Source: Emiliania huxleyi CCMP1516
Lineage: Eukaryota
Assembly (NCBI RefSeq): GCF_000372725.1
Contig: NW_005201277.1
Location: 373,623 to 415,246, forward strand
Length of the DNA stretch: 41,624 nt
Direction of reading: 5' to 3'
In this document: piece by piece, positions 1 to 10,516 of the stretch
How the letters are laid out: the number at the start of each line of letters is the position of its first letter
How positions within the stretch are numbered: position 1 is the first letter of the stretch
Program-made: the position numbers and the translations under genes
The notes under the pieces: generated by a model
What the model was told of the DNA's origin: nothing
Database searches by the model: none
Seen by the model: only the letters and a program-made list of their open reading frames with translations

Positions 1-458
1 ACACAGCCTCGTTGGTTTGGCTGGATCGCATCTACCACGTGGGATGTGGCGACCCTGCCATCGCCGCCCTGTTCACCGGGTACATGACCGACGTCTGCTC
101 GGTCGCGGCGTCTCTTTTGGGCGCCTACGATGCCGGGAGTGTTTGCGGGAGTAGTGCCTGCTACACAGCACCGCCGCGCCCACCGACAAGCCCGCCGACG
201 GCCCCGTTGCCACCACTGCCGCCGCCGCCACCTCTCAATGTCGAATCGTGCCTCGCGGCGCTCGACGAGCTTGTCGCCCCCTGGATCACCGAGGAGACGT
301 GTCTGGACATCGCTGCGGCAGAGCAAAGCGCGCTCTACGATGCAGTGTGCTCGGCGCAGTTCAACAACCTAGCTAAAGAAACCCGCACGGTCAAATGCGC
401 TTCTTTGAGCCCGGTTCCACACCAGTGCCCCGTCGACACACGGGTGCAGTTTAGGTGA
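1..458 (+). CDS. Possible internal/3' exon of an unidentified Cys- and Pro-rich protein entering from the left edge
   Basis: Open frame with protein-like composition (Cys-spaced segments, PPTSPPTAPLPPLPPPPP linker). No family recognised; start and splice sites not determinable. Confidence 0.3.
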   Translation, partial: TASLVWLDRIYHVGCGDPAIAALFTGYMTDVCSVAASLLGAYDAGSVCGSSACYTAPPRPPTSPPTAPLPPLPPPPPLNVESCLAALDELVAPWITEETCLDIAAAEQSALYDAVCSAQFNNLAKETRTVKCASLSPVPHQCPVDTRVQFR

Positions 459-3400
459 TCGGCAGCCTCAGAGGAGTGGAAACTGATCCCCGGCGGGCCC
501 TTCGCGACCGACGCGCGCGGCAGACGGCTTCGGATAGACATCGGCTCGGCTCCTAGCGGCTCGCAGAAGCAGCGCGGTCGCTCTCTCTCCGTCACGCCGT
601 CGCGCGGTTGACGCTTTTTCGGCGCTCGCGGCGGGGCGGCAAAGCTGACTTTGAGGCCAATCAAGCCGGCCAAGGCCCCCACGGCGACAAGGCCCCCACG
701 GCGACGGCGCAGACACCACTCATGGCGCCGGTGGCCTCGGAGGCGGCGGAGATGGCGAGGTGTGCGCACATTTTGACGGGTGCGCCAGCAGTGCTGGCGA
801 GGCGCCCGCCGTTGACTGAACACCTTCTCGCGCGGCACGAGCGGCGCGCGGCGCTGCTGACGGGAGGAGGCAGTCACGGCCCGGACGGGTGCTGGCCGGT
901 GGTCATCAGACCCGCGTCGTCACCGTATTCGGCGCGCAGTTCGGGACTGAACACCTCTCGAGGCGCGGCGCTGCAGCTGCAAAGTGATTGGTGTGCATCC
1001 GGCAGAGCCGGCGCGCTACGGCTTGCGCCCGTTGTCCAGACGCGCCGTGCCGCGCTCGCGCGCTCGCCGGATCAGCGCGTGCGGCAGGAACGATGCCGGT
1101 GTGCCAGTGTGCCGGTGTCGCATGCGGTGTGCCAGCGCGCCGGGTCCAGCGGACAGCAAGTTGTGTGTGGAGCGGGCGCGCGGTGGCCGTGGCGAATGTG
1201 AGCCGGCGCCACTCGCAGCCTGGTGTCGAGGCGCACTGCCTACTGCCCGTCGACTCAGCCGTGCGGCGGGGTATCCGTTTCTGTGTGTCGGTGGTGGTGC
1301 GCTTGGCGCGCATAGTGTGCGTGGGGTCTGTGTGCGTGTGCCACTCGCTCGCTGCTGCTGGATGCAACGGTTTCCCGTCGTAGTGTGTTGGGCGGCCCGT
1401 CGTAGTGTGTTTGGGTTGCTGAAAAGGAAAAGGCGAAATCAAAAGAGCGCTGCGTGACTCTGACTGTGAAAGCGTGGGTCCTCCGACGAGATCCGAAAGT
1501 TGATCGCTGCCCGATATTAGGGTGTGTGTGCGAGGCTTGTCGTCGGCGTGACAGCGACACGATCATGCTTCATCCCGGGCCGCCGATGGCCGATAAGGTT
1601 GCCCTAGGGTGGGAGGGCCCTGCGCGCGTCGTCACGCGGTGCTCAAACGCCTCGCGGCGGTGCTGGCACGCAGCCCGCTGCCACGGTGCAATATGCACAA
1701 GCCGGCTCGCGCGGCCGCGATGCTGTTCTCACGCCGCGCGATTGGCAGCAATCGGCAGCGCGAGTGTCAACGCGCAGCATAGCCTCGGCAGTGGCGGTGA
1801 TGGCGCAGCAGGCGCAGCAGCAAAGGCCATGCCCAGCTCCCTCTGCGCCACCGGAGCGTAGTGCGGGTGTGCGCGATGCCATCCCCGTGGGCGTCATCAA
1901 CTGTGCGCTGGTGGCGAGCCTCTGTGGTCCTCAAATGGCCCTTCTGGCGCTTCGATGCCGCTGCAGCCGCGGCGCAGCTCGACGCGCACGGGCAGCTGTG
2001 CTCTCACAGTATGCCATTGCTACACACAGCCTATGGGAGGGTGCACACTTTTACCGGATCCCGCCGGGATCCCATGCTGGTGTGCGATGCTGTTCGGAGT
2101 GCCACTCGGTGGTAGCTGCGACGCGAGCGCTGCTGGGTGTGCCAGAGGCCAGCGCAGCATCCTAAGATGAAGATCGAGCCACACCAGTGGCCCTGTCACG
2201 CCGGGCGGAGAGGGCCGCGTTTGAAGCAGCACAGGGAGCCGCACACTTTTACTTCGCACGTAAAAGTGTGCACACACCGGTGTGCAAGCAGGATAGCCCA
2301 CACAGCGTGGGTCGGGCCCAAGTGAAGGGCTAGCCTGTGGAGAGCTCAATGCACACACTACTGCCTGGGCCGTATCCACTAGACAGGCCACATAAGGCGA
2401 ACGGCGTGCGCACATGGGGCACCCGAGATCAACCAGTAGTGTGCGCGTGCGTGCAGGCCGGGTAGGGCTCCTCTAGAATCGGCGCACGAGAAGGGCGGGA
2501 GTACCACCTTTCTCGCCCGCTCAAAGCGCGCCTGGCCGTTGCGAAGCGAGCGCCGGAGACCCGCGAGGCGAGACGCGGAGCGGGGGCCCATGTCGGGGCA
2601 GCGCGTGTGCGCGTCCCGCTCACGGCTCAGGCGCCAATCCGACAGCATGACCCACGCCTAGCTTGAGAGCAATGCAGATTATGCCCACTCGCAGTCCATC
2701 ATAACGGGCCTCTTATGTTCACCCGACAACCTTCCGAAGCGAGAGCTGGCAATGCGCCGTCCGGGCTTGTGCGCCTAGGCCAAGGCGCGGCAGTACAGCC
2801 GACTATCGGCGGTTTGGACTGGCTCTCGTCAGCTGCACGCGCGCCCGGGTTGAAGCGGGATGGAGTGGTGACACCGGGCGGTGCGTCAGGCTACCCGACG
2901 ACGTTGGAGTCACTGTCACACGTCGCGGACAGCCTGCACACACGGCGGGGCCGGTGCGAAACGGGTGAAAAAGAGACTTTGCGGATTTCAACCGACTATG
3001 CGGGTTTTTCAGCTATGTTGTTCCGCCGCCTCGGCGGCCTCTCCATCATCCGCTCGTCAAGCTGCTCACGGCGGCGGCGCTGTGGAAGGTCGCAGACTCC
3101 CTCGTATCTTCTCTACACACACCTCCCCGCGCACCTCCTTCGCCCCGGATTCCTCTTCTTCCTCTCTCTTCGCCCCCTCACTCCTTTCCTTTCCCAAGGT
3201 CGCCCGCCGGCTGCGGCTCTCGACCGGCGACCTCGCAGAGCTCGCGGTGGTCCTGCGGGTCGGCTCGAGCAGCCGCGAGGTGGGTCGGCCGGCGGCCCTG
3301 CTCCGAGCCCTCCTCCCGAGCCCTCTGTGACGCGTCCATGAGGAGCCCCTACTCTAGGACCCGGCCGGCGCCTTCTCCTTCTCGCCCGCCGCAGACAAGC

Positions 3401-4054
3401 GCGGGCCGCGGCGCCGGCCCTGCGCCGTGGAACATCTCGACGGTCGCGCTCGAGCTGAGTCCGGGCGACGGCGAGAGAGGGAGGGGCGGCGGCCAGTCGG
3501 GCGGAGAGGCGGAGGCCTCCCCCCAGCCAGGCTCGCCAGCCGCGCAGCAGCCGCGCACCCCCGCCGCCGCGCCGCTGCGAGCGGTGGCGCTGCCGATGGC
3601 GCCGGCGGTGCAGCCGAGCGCCGAGCGGTGGGGCGCTGCCGATACCACCACTGACCCCGCCTCAGAGCCAGCAGACATAGGGCCCCAGAGAGGGAGCGTC
3701 ACCCAACAATGTGGTGTGATGTGCATCATATCAGAGAGAGCAGTCAGCGAGCATGGAGAGAGAGAGGGGCGGAGGCTGGAGCGGCGTCCCCCCGCGCGGC
3801 CGGCGCGCACCTCTTCCTCGAGTGTCGATCTTAGGGCCCCGCGGCCCGCTGTGCGCTCACAGGGGAGATGGTGGCATGTACGTAAAAAGGAAGAGCAGTC
3901 ACAAACGCGCATCAAGCGTCGCGCGCATCCGCGGCCAAACTGAGTTAATATAGGCATACGGCTTCATGAACTTTTGAGCACCGCCTCACCCTCACAGGTG
4001 CTCAGCCCTGCTGAGCCGTGAGCGCCCCCCCTGCCCGCGCGTGGCTGAATCAAC

Positions 4055-5203
4055 TTACACCAGGGCAATGCAGCCGATCCGCCCCGCCCCCATCGGCGCC
4101 ACCGTCTCCCACGCATTCAGCGCCGGATCGTACCGTTCGACTGAGCTGAGGCTGCCGACACGGGAGTCGCCGCCCACAGCGTACAGCTTGCCGTCAAGCA
4201 CCGCTACCGCGAACTCGTCTCGAGCCGTCGACATCGGCGCCACCTCCTCCCACGCATCCAACGCCGGATCGTACCGCTCGACTGAGCTGAGCGAGCCATC
4301 GTCGAACCCGCCGATAGCATACAGCTTGCCGTCGAGCACCGCCATGCCGGGATCGTGACGCCCCGTCCCCATCGGCGCCACCGCCTCCCACGCATTCGTA
4401 GACGCGTTGTACCGCTCGACCGAGGTGAGGCGATCGTCGTAGCCCTCAGAACCAGCAGCGTACAGCTTGCCGTCGAGCACCGCCGCGCCGGGGGTGTGCC
4501 GCGCCGCCGCCATCGGCGCCACCGCCTCCCACGCATCCAACGCCGGGTCGTACCGCTCCACCGAACTAAGGTCTACTTCGTTGTGGCCTCCCACAGCGTA
4601 CAGCGTGCCGTCGAGGACCGCGACGGCGTGGTCATACCGCGCCTCTTCCATCGGCGCCACCGCCTCCCACGACTTCGTGGCCAGGTCGTACCGCTCCACC
4701 AGGTTGGAAGTTGCGTCGTCGGCCTCATCGTCTACCACAACTTTGCCGCCCACCGCGTAGAGCTTGCCATCGAGCACCGCCGTGCGGACATCTGTTCGTG
4801 CCGTCGGCATCGGCGCCACAGCTTCCTCCTCCCACGCGTTCGTTGACGGGTCGTACCGCTCCACCGAGCTGACAAACTCGTCGCCGTTGTCGAGGCCGCC
4901 GAACACGACCAGGCGCGGCCTCTCGCGCCTCGCCAGCGTCTCCTTCCAGCCGCGGCGCCACGCGCGGCACGTCCCCTTGACGGCGTGCGCCTTGGTCGGC
5001 AGCTGGGCGAGGATGTGCGGGGCGAGGTCCGGCGAGAGGAGGACCTTGGAGAGGATCCACTCGGGCTGCTCCACGAGCCGTGCGGCGTGCTCCTCCGCCA
5101 CGCGCATTGCGGCGTCGCTCGCGCCCGCCTGCGCCTCGATGATGGCGCACAGCTCCGCTCGCGAGAGGCCCGAGACGCGCGCGCCGATGCGGTGGGAGGC
5201 CAT
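4055..5203 (-). CDS. F-box-like/Kelch-repeat protein (six-bladed beta-propeller), intronless, ~382 aa
   Basis: Six Kelch repeats (LYAVGG...SSVERYDP..NAWE.VAPM..AR). N-terminal VLLSPDLAPHILAQLP...VKGTCRAWRR resembles an F-box. ATG at 5203 (MASHRIG), TAA at 4055-4057. Confidence 0.88.
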   Translation of the reverse strand: MASHRIGARVSGLSRAELCAIIEAQAGASDAAMRVAEEHAARLVEQPEWILSKVLLSPDLAPHILAQLPTKAHAVKGTCRAWRRGWKETLARRERPRLVVFGGLDNGDEFVSSVERYDPSTNAWEEEAVAPMPTARTDVRTAVLDGKLYAVGGKVVVDDEADDATSNLVERYDLATKSWEAVAPMEEARYDHAVAVLDGTLYAVGGHNEVDLSSVERYDPALDAWEAVAPMAAARHTPGAAVLDGKLYAAGSEGYDDRLTSVERYNASTNAWEAVAPMGTGRHDPGMAVLDGKLYAIGGFDDGSLSSVERYDPALDAWEEVAPMSTARDEFAVAVLDGKLYAVGGDSRVGSLSSVERYDPALNAWETVAPMGAGRIGCIALV

Positions 5204-5568
5204 CGGGTCAAGGGCAGCGAGGCAACGCACGCGCCGGCTGCAGCAGGTACGGGCGCGAGCGAATTCTTTTGGAGCTGCGTATTCTTTTAATTCTGGCTGA
5301 CGCGTTTTCTTTTTATTTTGGCCTCTCTTTTTGTCTGAGAAAACCCAGAGGATTCGCTCGCAAGGGTGTGCGGGACGGCTATCGCGGTGGCCGCGGCCCG
5401 GTGGCAGGCAAGGTGTCCCGTTGACGCGCGATGACAGCGGTCCCACCGATCAGACGAACTGCCGATGGCCGATGTCCCCGATCGCCGATGCACTGCGTGG
5501 CCAGGTTTTATTTTTGCCAACCGTTTTCAAACGAACAGTTTTCTTCCTCACACTCACACACCCCAGCA

Positions 5569-5574
<6 letters not shown>

Positions 5575-5639
<65 letters not shown>
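5575..5639. repeat. (CA)n microsatellite just downstream of MgtC copy 1
   Basis: Pure CA dinucleotide run. Confidence 0.95.
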
Positions 5640-5641
<2 letters not shown>

Positions 5642-5645
5642 TAGG

Positions 5646-6662
5646 TCAGCACGCACAGTACTCTTCGAGGTCCATGCACAGGCGGTGCGAGGCCCTTATC
5701 AGCATCGTGAGTAACGTCGCCGCTGCTGACGCGAGGACGTGCCCACTGCCGCACGCCACACCCACCCCTGCCGAGAGCCAGATGGCACTAGCGGTGGTCA
5801 ANNNNNNNNNNNNNNNNNNNNNNNNNNNNNNNNNNNNNNNNNNNNNNNNNNNNNNNNNNNNNNNNNNNNNNNNNNNNNNNNNNNNNNNNNNNNNNNNNNN
5901 NNNNNNNNNNNNNNNNNNNNNNNNNNNNNNNNNNNNNNNNNNNNNNNNNNNNNNNNNNNNNNNNNNNNNNNNNNNNNNNNNNNNNNNNNNNNNNNNNNNN
6001 NNNNNNNNNNNNNNNNNNNNNNNNNNNNNNNNNNNNNNNNNNNNNNNNNNNNNNNNNNNNNNNNNNNNNNNNNNNNNNNNNNNNNNNNNNNNNNNNNNNN
6101 NNNNNNNNNNNNNNNNNNNNNNNNNNNNNNNNNNNNNNNNNNNNNNNNNNNNNNNNNNNNNNNNNNNNNNNNNNNNNNNNNNNNNNNNNNNNNNNNNNNN
6201 NNNNNNNNNNNNNNNNNNNNNNNNNNNNNNNNNNNNNNNNNNNNNNNNNNNNNNNNNNNNNNNNNNNNNNNNNNNNNNNNNNNNNNNNNNNNNNNNNNNN
6301 NNNNNNNNNNNNNNNNNNNNNNNNNCGCCAGTGAAGAGAGCGGCGCCCATCGCTACGAGGCTCATCGTCCTCATCCCGGCGGGTCGACCGGCCAGAATCC
6401 GCTCAACGCCGATGAGGGAGCCCAGCACCGCTGCCTGCAGCATGTTCCACGAGAGGCGAGCGTCATCCTCAAACCAGCCTCCGCGAAGTCGCAGTGCGCC
6501 TGCCAGGCGGCTTTGTCCAGTAGTGGGCCTGGACCTGTGCGTGGCGGCATGATCCAGCCCGCTCAACTCACGATGCCCGGCGGCGACGCCAGCGCGAAAC
6601 GCCGGGCGGGTTTGGTGCGCCTCCACGGCCGCAACGCCGATGAGCACAAGCGCGTGAAGCAT
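5646..6662 (-). CDS. MgtC/SapB-family membrane protein, copy 1 (interrupted by assembly gap 5802-6325)
   Basis: GSLIGVER...AGMRTMSLVAMGAALFT and LTTASAIWLSAGVGVACGSG motifs on either side of the gap; nearly identical to 7479-8120. ATG at 6662 (MLHALVLIG). Confidence 0.75.
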   Translation of the reverse strand: MLHALVLIGVAAVEAHQTRPAFRAGVAAGHRELSGLDHAATHRSRPTTGQSRLAGALRLRGGWFEDDARLSWNMLQAAVLGSLIGVERILAGRPAGMRTMSLVAMGAALFTGXXXXXXXXXXXXXXXXXXXXXXXXXXXXXXXXXXXXXXXXXXXXXXXXXXXXXXXXXXXXXXXXXXXXXXXXXXXXXXXXXXXXXXXXXXXXXXXXXXXXXXXXXXXXXXXXXXXXXXXXXXXXXXXXXXXXXXXXXXXXXXXXXXXXXXXXXXXXXXXXXXXXXXXXXXXXXXXLTTASAIWLSAGVGVACGSGHVLASAAATLLTMLIRASHRLCMDLEEYCAC

Positions 6663-6710
6663 GTGTGTGTGACGCTGTTGGCCACGCGACCGTTTGGATC
6701 GCTCAGGATT

Positions 6711-6986
6711 GGATTCGGCTCCTTGCGTCGGCAGGGGCCTACTAGCCCGGGGGTTGGGCTCCTTGCATCGGCAGGGGCCTACCACCGGGGATTGGGCTCC
6801 TTGCGTCGGCAGGGGCCTACTACCCCGGGGATTGGGCTCCTTGCGTCGGCAGGGGCCTACTACCCAGGGGATTGGGCTCCTTGCGTCGGCAGGGGCCTAC
6901 CGCCGGGGATTGGGCTCCTTGCGTCGGCAGGGGCCTACTACCCAGGAGATTGGGCTCCTTGCGTCGGCAGGGGCCTACTACCCCGG
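6711..6986. repeat. Seven-copy 38-40 bp minisatellite (GGATTGGGCTCCTTGCGTCGGCAGGGGCCTACTACCCCGG)
   Basis: Head-to-tail copies with no unique spacers; a single further copy at 8319-8365. Confidence 0.92.
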
Positions 6987-6987
6987 G

Positions 6988-7180
6988 TATGTCGTATCAG
7001 CTATCACGAACAGACCTTGTTATTGAGAAGAAAATACGCCACCACACAAAGGCATCAACCCCGGGTTGCGAAATCGCACGACAGCACAGCGACAGTCAGA
7101 CACGCAACACGGGTGTCCAAGAGGAAGGGACTGGCGCGCACTGGCACAGAACAGGCCTAAGAAAACGCGGACACCCATAG
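6988..7180. repeat. ~190-bp block duplicated at 9336-9526
   Basis: ATGTCGTA(T)TCAGCTATCACGAACAGACC...AAAACGCGGACACCCATAG is near-identical at both positions. Confidence 0.9.
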
Positions 7181-7280
7181 NNNNNNNNNNNNNNNNNNNN
7201 NNNNNNNNNNNNNNNNNNNNNNNNNNNNNNNNNNNNNNNNNNNNNNNNNNNNNNNNNNNNNNNNNNNNNNNNNNNNNNNN

Positions 7281-7473
<193 letters not shown>

Positions 7474-7478
7474 CTCGG

Positions 7479-8120
7479 TCAGCCGCGACAGTACTCTTCG
7501 AGGTCCATGCACAGGCGGTGCGAGGCCATTATCAGTATCGTGAGTAACGTCGCCGCTGCTGCCGCGAGGCCGTGCCCACTGCCGCACGCCACACCCACCC
7601 CTGCCGAGAGCCAGATGGCACTAGCGGTGGTCAGCCCCTTAATGTAGTCGCGTGGCCCACCCCTGCGACTGTGCGTCTCTGCGTCGTCTCGCGCACGGAT
7701 TACGCCCGCTCCCAAGAAGCCGACGCCGCTGGCGATCTGCGCGGCGGCACGCGCGCCACCGTCAGCCCACGTCGACTTCCCCACGCCAGTGAAGAGAGCG
7801 GCGCCCATCGCTACGAGGCTCATCGTCCTCATCCCGGCGGGTCGACCGGCCAGAATCCGCTCAACGCCGATGAGAGAGCCCAGCGCCGCTGCCTGCAGCA
7901 TGTTCCACGAGAGGCGAGCGTCATCCTCAAACGAGCCTCCGCGAAGTCGCAGTGCGCCTGCCAGGCGGCTCTGTCCAGTAGTGGGCCTGGACCTGTGCAT
8001 GGCGGCATGATCCAGCCCGCTCAACTCACGATGCCCGGCGGCGACGCCAGCGCGAAACGCCGGGCGGGTTTGGTGCGCCTCCACGGCCGCAACGCCGATG
8101 AGCACAAGCGCGTGAAGCAT
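7479..8120 (-). CDS. MgtC/SapB-family membrane protein, copy 2, with signal peptide and presequence, ~213 aa, intronless
   Basis: Family motifs LGSLIGVER, AGMRTMSLV, AAQIASGVGFLGAGVI, KGLTTASAIW.SAGVG.ACGSG; hydrophobic N-terminus MLHALVLIGVAAVEA. Confidence 0.85.
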   Translation of the reverse strand: MLHALVLIGVAAVEAHQTRPAFRAGVAAGHRELSGLDHAAMHRSRPTTGQSRLAGALRLRGGSFEDDARLSWNMLQAAALGSLIGVERILAGRPAGMRTMSLVAMGAALFTGVGKSTWADGGARAAAQIASGVGFLGAGVIRARDDAETHSRRGGPRDYIKGLTTASAIWLSAGVGVACGSGHGLAAAAATLLTILIMASHRLCMDLEEYCRG

Positions 8121-8440
8121 GTGTGTGGGGTGTCGTCCTGCTTGTGTACTCTGGTGTGACGTGCTGTTGGCCACGCGACCGATTGAACCACCGCTCTTAT
8201 ACGTTTATTCACGATTTGACCCCAGCGAACCTGGGCTCTAGGTTTCCTAGGGGCGTGCTGTGAATAAACAGCGAAGAAGACGCCTGGATTGGAACGCACG
8301 CGCGCACGCAACCCCCGCGGATTGGGCTCTTGCGTCGGCAGGGGCCTACTAGCCCGGGGATTGGGAAGAAAGAAAAAGTATTGTGCTAACGGTGTGGGGG
8401 CGCGGAGGGCTTGTTGGCGAGCCAAAATGGTGTTTTCCGA

Positions 8441-8523
8441 GGCGCTGCGCTAGGCTAAGAGCGAGTTCGCGCTGCGCTAGGCTCAGACGGCGAGTTCGCG
8501 CTGCGCTAGGCCCAGACGGCGAG
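8441..8523. repeat. Short tandem repeat, ~29-bp unit GCGAGTTCGCGCTGCGCTAGGCTCAGACG, about 3 copies
   Basis: Direct repeats visible in sequence. Confidence 0.8.
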
Positions 8524-8558
8524 GTAAGGTAAGGTAAGGTAAACTTCTCCACACACGC
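8522..8558 (-). repeat. Dispersed repeat end GTGTGTGGAGAAGTTT+(ACCTT)n, putative LINE/SINE 3' tail
   Basis: Same motif at 14760-14838 (+), 29737-29775 (-) and degenerate at 29218-29295 (+). Confidence 0.6.
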
Positions 8559-9502
8559 GTTGAGCTAGCTCTACCATAACCAGTCGTTGAACCCTTGTCT
8601 CCGCACCCGAAAAAATGTACAACCGGGTTCGTTCACGTACTGGGCTGGGTTTTTAGGCATTGTGGGGTTGGCACTCCCATCGACCCTCATGACCTCCTGC
8701 GGTCTCTGAGATGGACACCAGTGGGTGTGGGACCACAGCCAGGATACACTCGAAGGCTGGGTAAGTAGTAGAGGTCGATACTCGACGCGTCCCACATGGT
8801 CTGTGTCGCGGTCGGCACGCTGTCGACAGGACGTCGAGCGACACCAGTGGCAGTGCCACCCAGGAGTGGTCGGGCTTGGCCGCTTTGTGTATCTCGAGAC
8901 CTCGAGAGAAGGCCGCCCGCAGGCCTCCCCGAGGGCCCAAGTCAAGAATTGGCTTTCTTTTCGGCGGGCAATGGTCGGGCGGTCTCCCGTCATGAAAGAG
9001 CCACCATGTGATCCGTATGAGTATACCTGACAACCGCCTCAGTCAACTTTCGTCACAGTTCCCGCTCTGAGAGGAGCTGCGGGTCAGTTCGACAGCTGGA
9101 GCTGTGTCGCCGGCGTGCGGCGGCCTGCCTCCGGAGGTGCCTCTGAGGTGGACATTTTTTGGTCACCGGGAGAGAACGCGTTCGAATTTTTACTCCGGAA
9201 CTTCAACTGAGCACGCGCACCGGCCAGGGCTACAATAGTGCCAGTGAGGCGGAGGCGCGAGTCGGAAGGCCGCGACCGTGAGTTGGTCCCCCAATTTTCC
9301 TACAATCGCTGTGAACCCAGCCACGTATGACGTACATGTCGTATTCAGCTATCACGAACAGACCTTGTTATTGAGAAGAAAATACGCCACCACCCAAAGG
9401 CACAACCCCGGGTTGCGAAATCGCACGACAGCACAGCGACAGTCAGACACGCAACACGGTGTCCAAGAGGAAGGGACTGGCGCGCACTGGCACAGAACAG
9501 GC

Positions 9503-10354
9503 CTAAGAAAACGCGGACACCCATAGGAAGGGATATGGAGGAGCGTCGCCGCGTGTGGGCGAGGAGGGGCCTCCTGCCCTCGAGCCTGCCCCGCCCAGCG
9601 CGAGGCCGAGCCCCTGCTTGGCGACCACGGCGAGGAGCGGCAGCAGCAGCAGCGAGACGAGCACGGCCCCGCTCAGAGAGGAGCCCCTCGCCGCCGGCGC
9701 AGCCTCCTCCTCCTCCTCCTCCACCACCACCGACGGCCTCCTCCTCCTCCTCTCTCTCCTCCTCACACTCCTCTTCCTCTTCCTCCTCTCCTCCGCCTCC
9801 GCCTCCGCCTCCGCCTCCGCCTCCGCCTCCGCCTCCGCCTCCGCCTCCGCCTCCGCCTCCGCCTCCGCCTCCGCCTCCGCCTCCGCCTCCGCCTCCGCCT
9901 CCGCCTCCGCCTCCGCCTCCGCCTCCGCCTCCGCCTCAGCCTCCGCCGCCGCCCCCTTCTCCCTCGCCGCAAGCCCGGAGGGAGATTGCAATCTCGCCGC
10001 AAGCCCGGGGGGAAGGGCGGCGGGCGAGGACGCCGACAGAGGCGGCGTCGACAGAGGCGGCGGCGCAGGCGGCGTCGCTGACAGAGGCGGCGCCGGAGCG
10101 GACGGCGACGAGGGCGGGGGGGGCGGTGCCGGCGGCGACGGCGCGGGCGACAGCGGCGCGGGCGACAGCGGCGCGGGCGACGGCGCCAAGCGCTGCGAGT
10201 GAGGGAGAAGCTTCGCGGACCTTTCAAGCAGGTTCTCGGACACCTCCGGCGGCGTGCCGCACTGCGCGGCTGGCGAAAGCTTCGCGGAACCGTCCGGGAG
10301 CGGCTCGAAGCCTTCGGGCGGCGGCAGCCTCGGCGCGTCGGCAACAACCAGAGT
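9503..10354 (-). CDS. Probable terminal exon of a low-complexity protein (Pro-rich, (AE)n, basic/acidic patches, C-terminal hydrophobic segment)
   Basis: Frame opens right after a candidate acceptor (GCGTAG) at 10354 with TLVVADAPRLPPPEGFEPLPDG... and runs through a hydrophobic stretch GAVLVSLLLLPLLAVVA. Upstream exons would lie in the gap. Confidence 0.4.
   Translation of the reverse strand, partial: TLVVADAPRLPPPEGFEPLPDGSAKLSPAAQCGTPPEVSENLLERSAKLLPHSQRLAPSPAPLSPAPLSPAPSPPAPPPPPSSPSAPAPPLSATPPAPPPLSTPPLSASSPAALPPGLAARLQSPSGLAAREKGAAAEAEAEAEAEAEAEAEAEAEAEAEAEAEAEAEAEAEAEAEAEAEAEAEAEAEERRKRKRSVRRRERRRRRPSVVVEEEEEEAAPAARGSSLSGAVLVSLLLLPLLAVVAKQGLGLALGGAGSRAGGPSSPTRGDAPPYPFLWVSAFS
9791..9946. 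repeat. (GCCTCC)n hexamer microsatellite (poly-AE on the minus strand)
   Basis: About 25 tandem hexamers. Confidence 0.95.
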
Positions 10355-10516
10355 CTACGCCGAGGGGCGGTAAGAGGTCGGGGCGGGAATAGGTAGGGAC
10401 ANNNNNNNNNNNNNNNNNNNNNNNNNNNNNNNNNNNNNNNNNNNNNNNNNNNNNNNNNNNNNNNNNNNNNNNNNNNNNNNNNNNNNNNNNNNNNNNNNNN
10501 NTCACATCGCTTTTTA

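Noticed and set aside
459..3957. Numerous 60-210 aa ORFs in the first 4 kb
   Set aside because: No family motifs or consistent exon chain could be supported by eye; real genes may be present but cannot be called.
5204..5446. N-terminal extension of the Kelch ORF (likewise 35703-35972 for the permease)
   Set aside because: Crosses AT-rich promoter-like or repeat-derived sequence; downstream ATGs fit the domain starts better.
6711..6986. CRISPR-like array
   Set aside because: Units are head-to-tail with only a few variable bases and no unique spacers; no cas genes; eukaryotic context. It is a minisatellite.
7132..7147. TGGCGCGCAC as an LTR primer-binding site
   Set aside because: Not preceded by an LTR ending in CA, no paired LTRs or gag/pol, and tRNA complementarity cannot be verified here.
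8522..8543. (TAAGG)n as interstitial telomeric repeat
   Set aside because: Always attached to the same GTGTGGAGA motif and only 3-4 units long; better explained as a repeat-element tail.
8571..9033. ORFs within the insert upstream of MgtC copy 2
   Set aside because: No recognisable transposase, RT or other domain; left uncalled.
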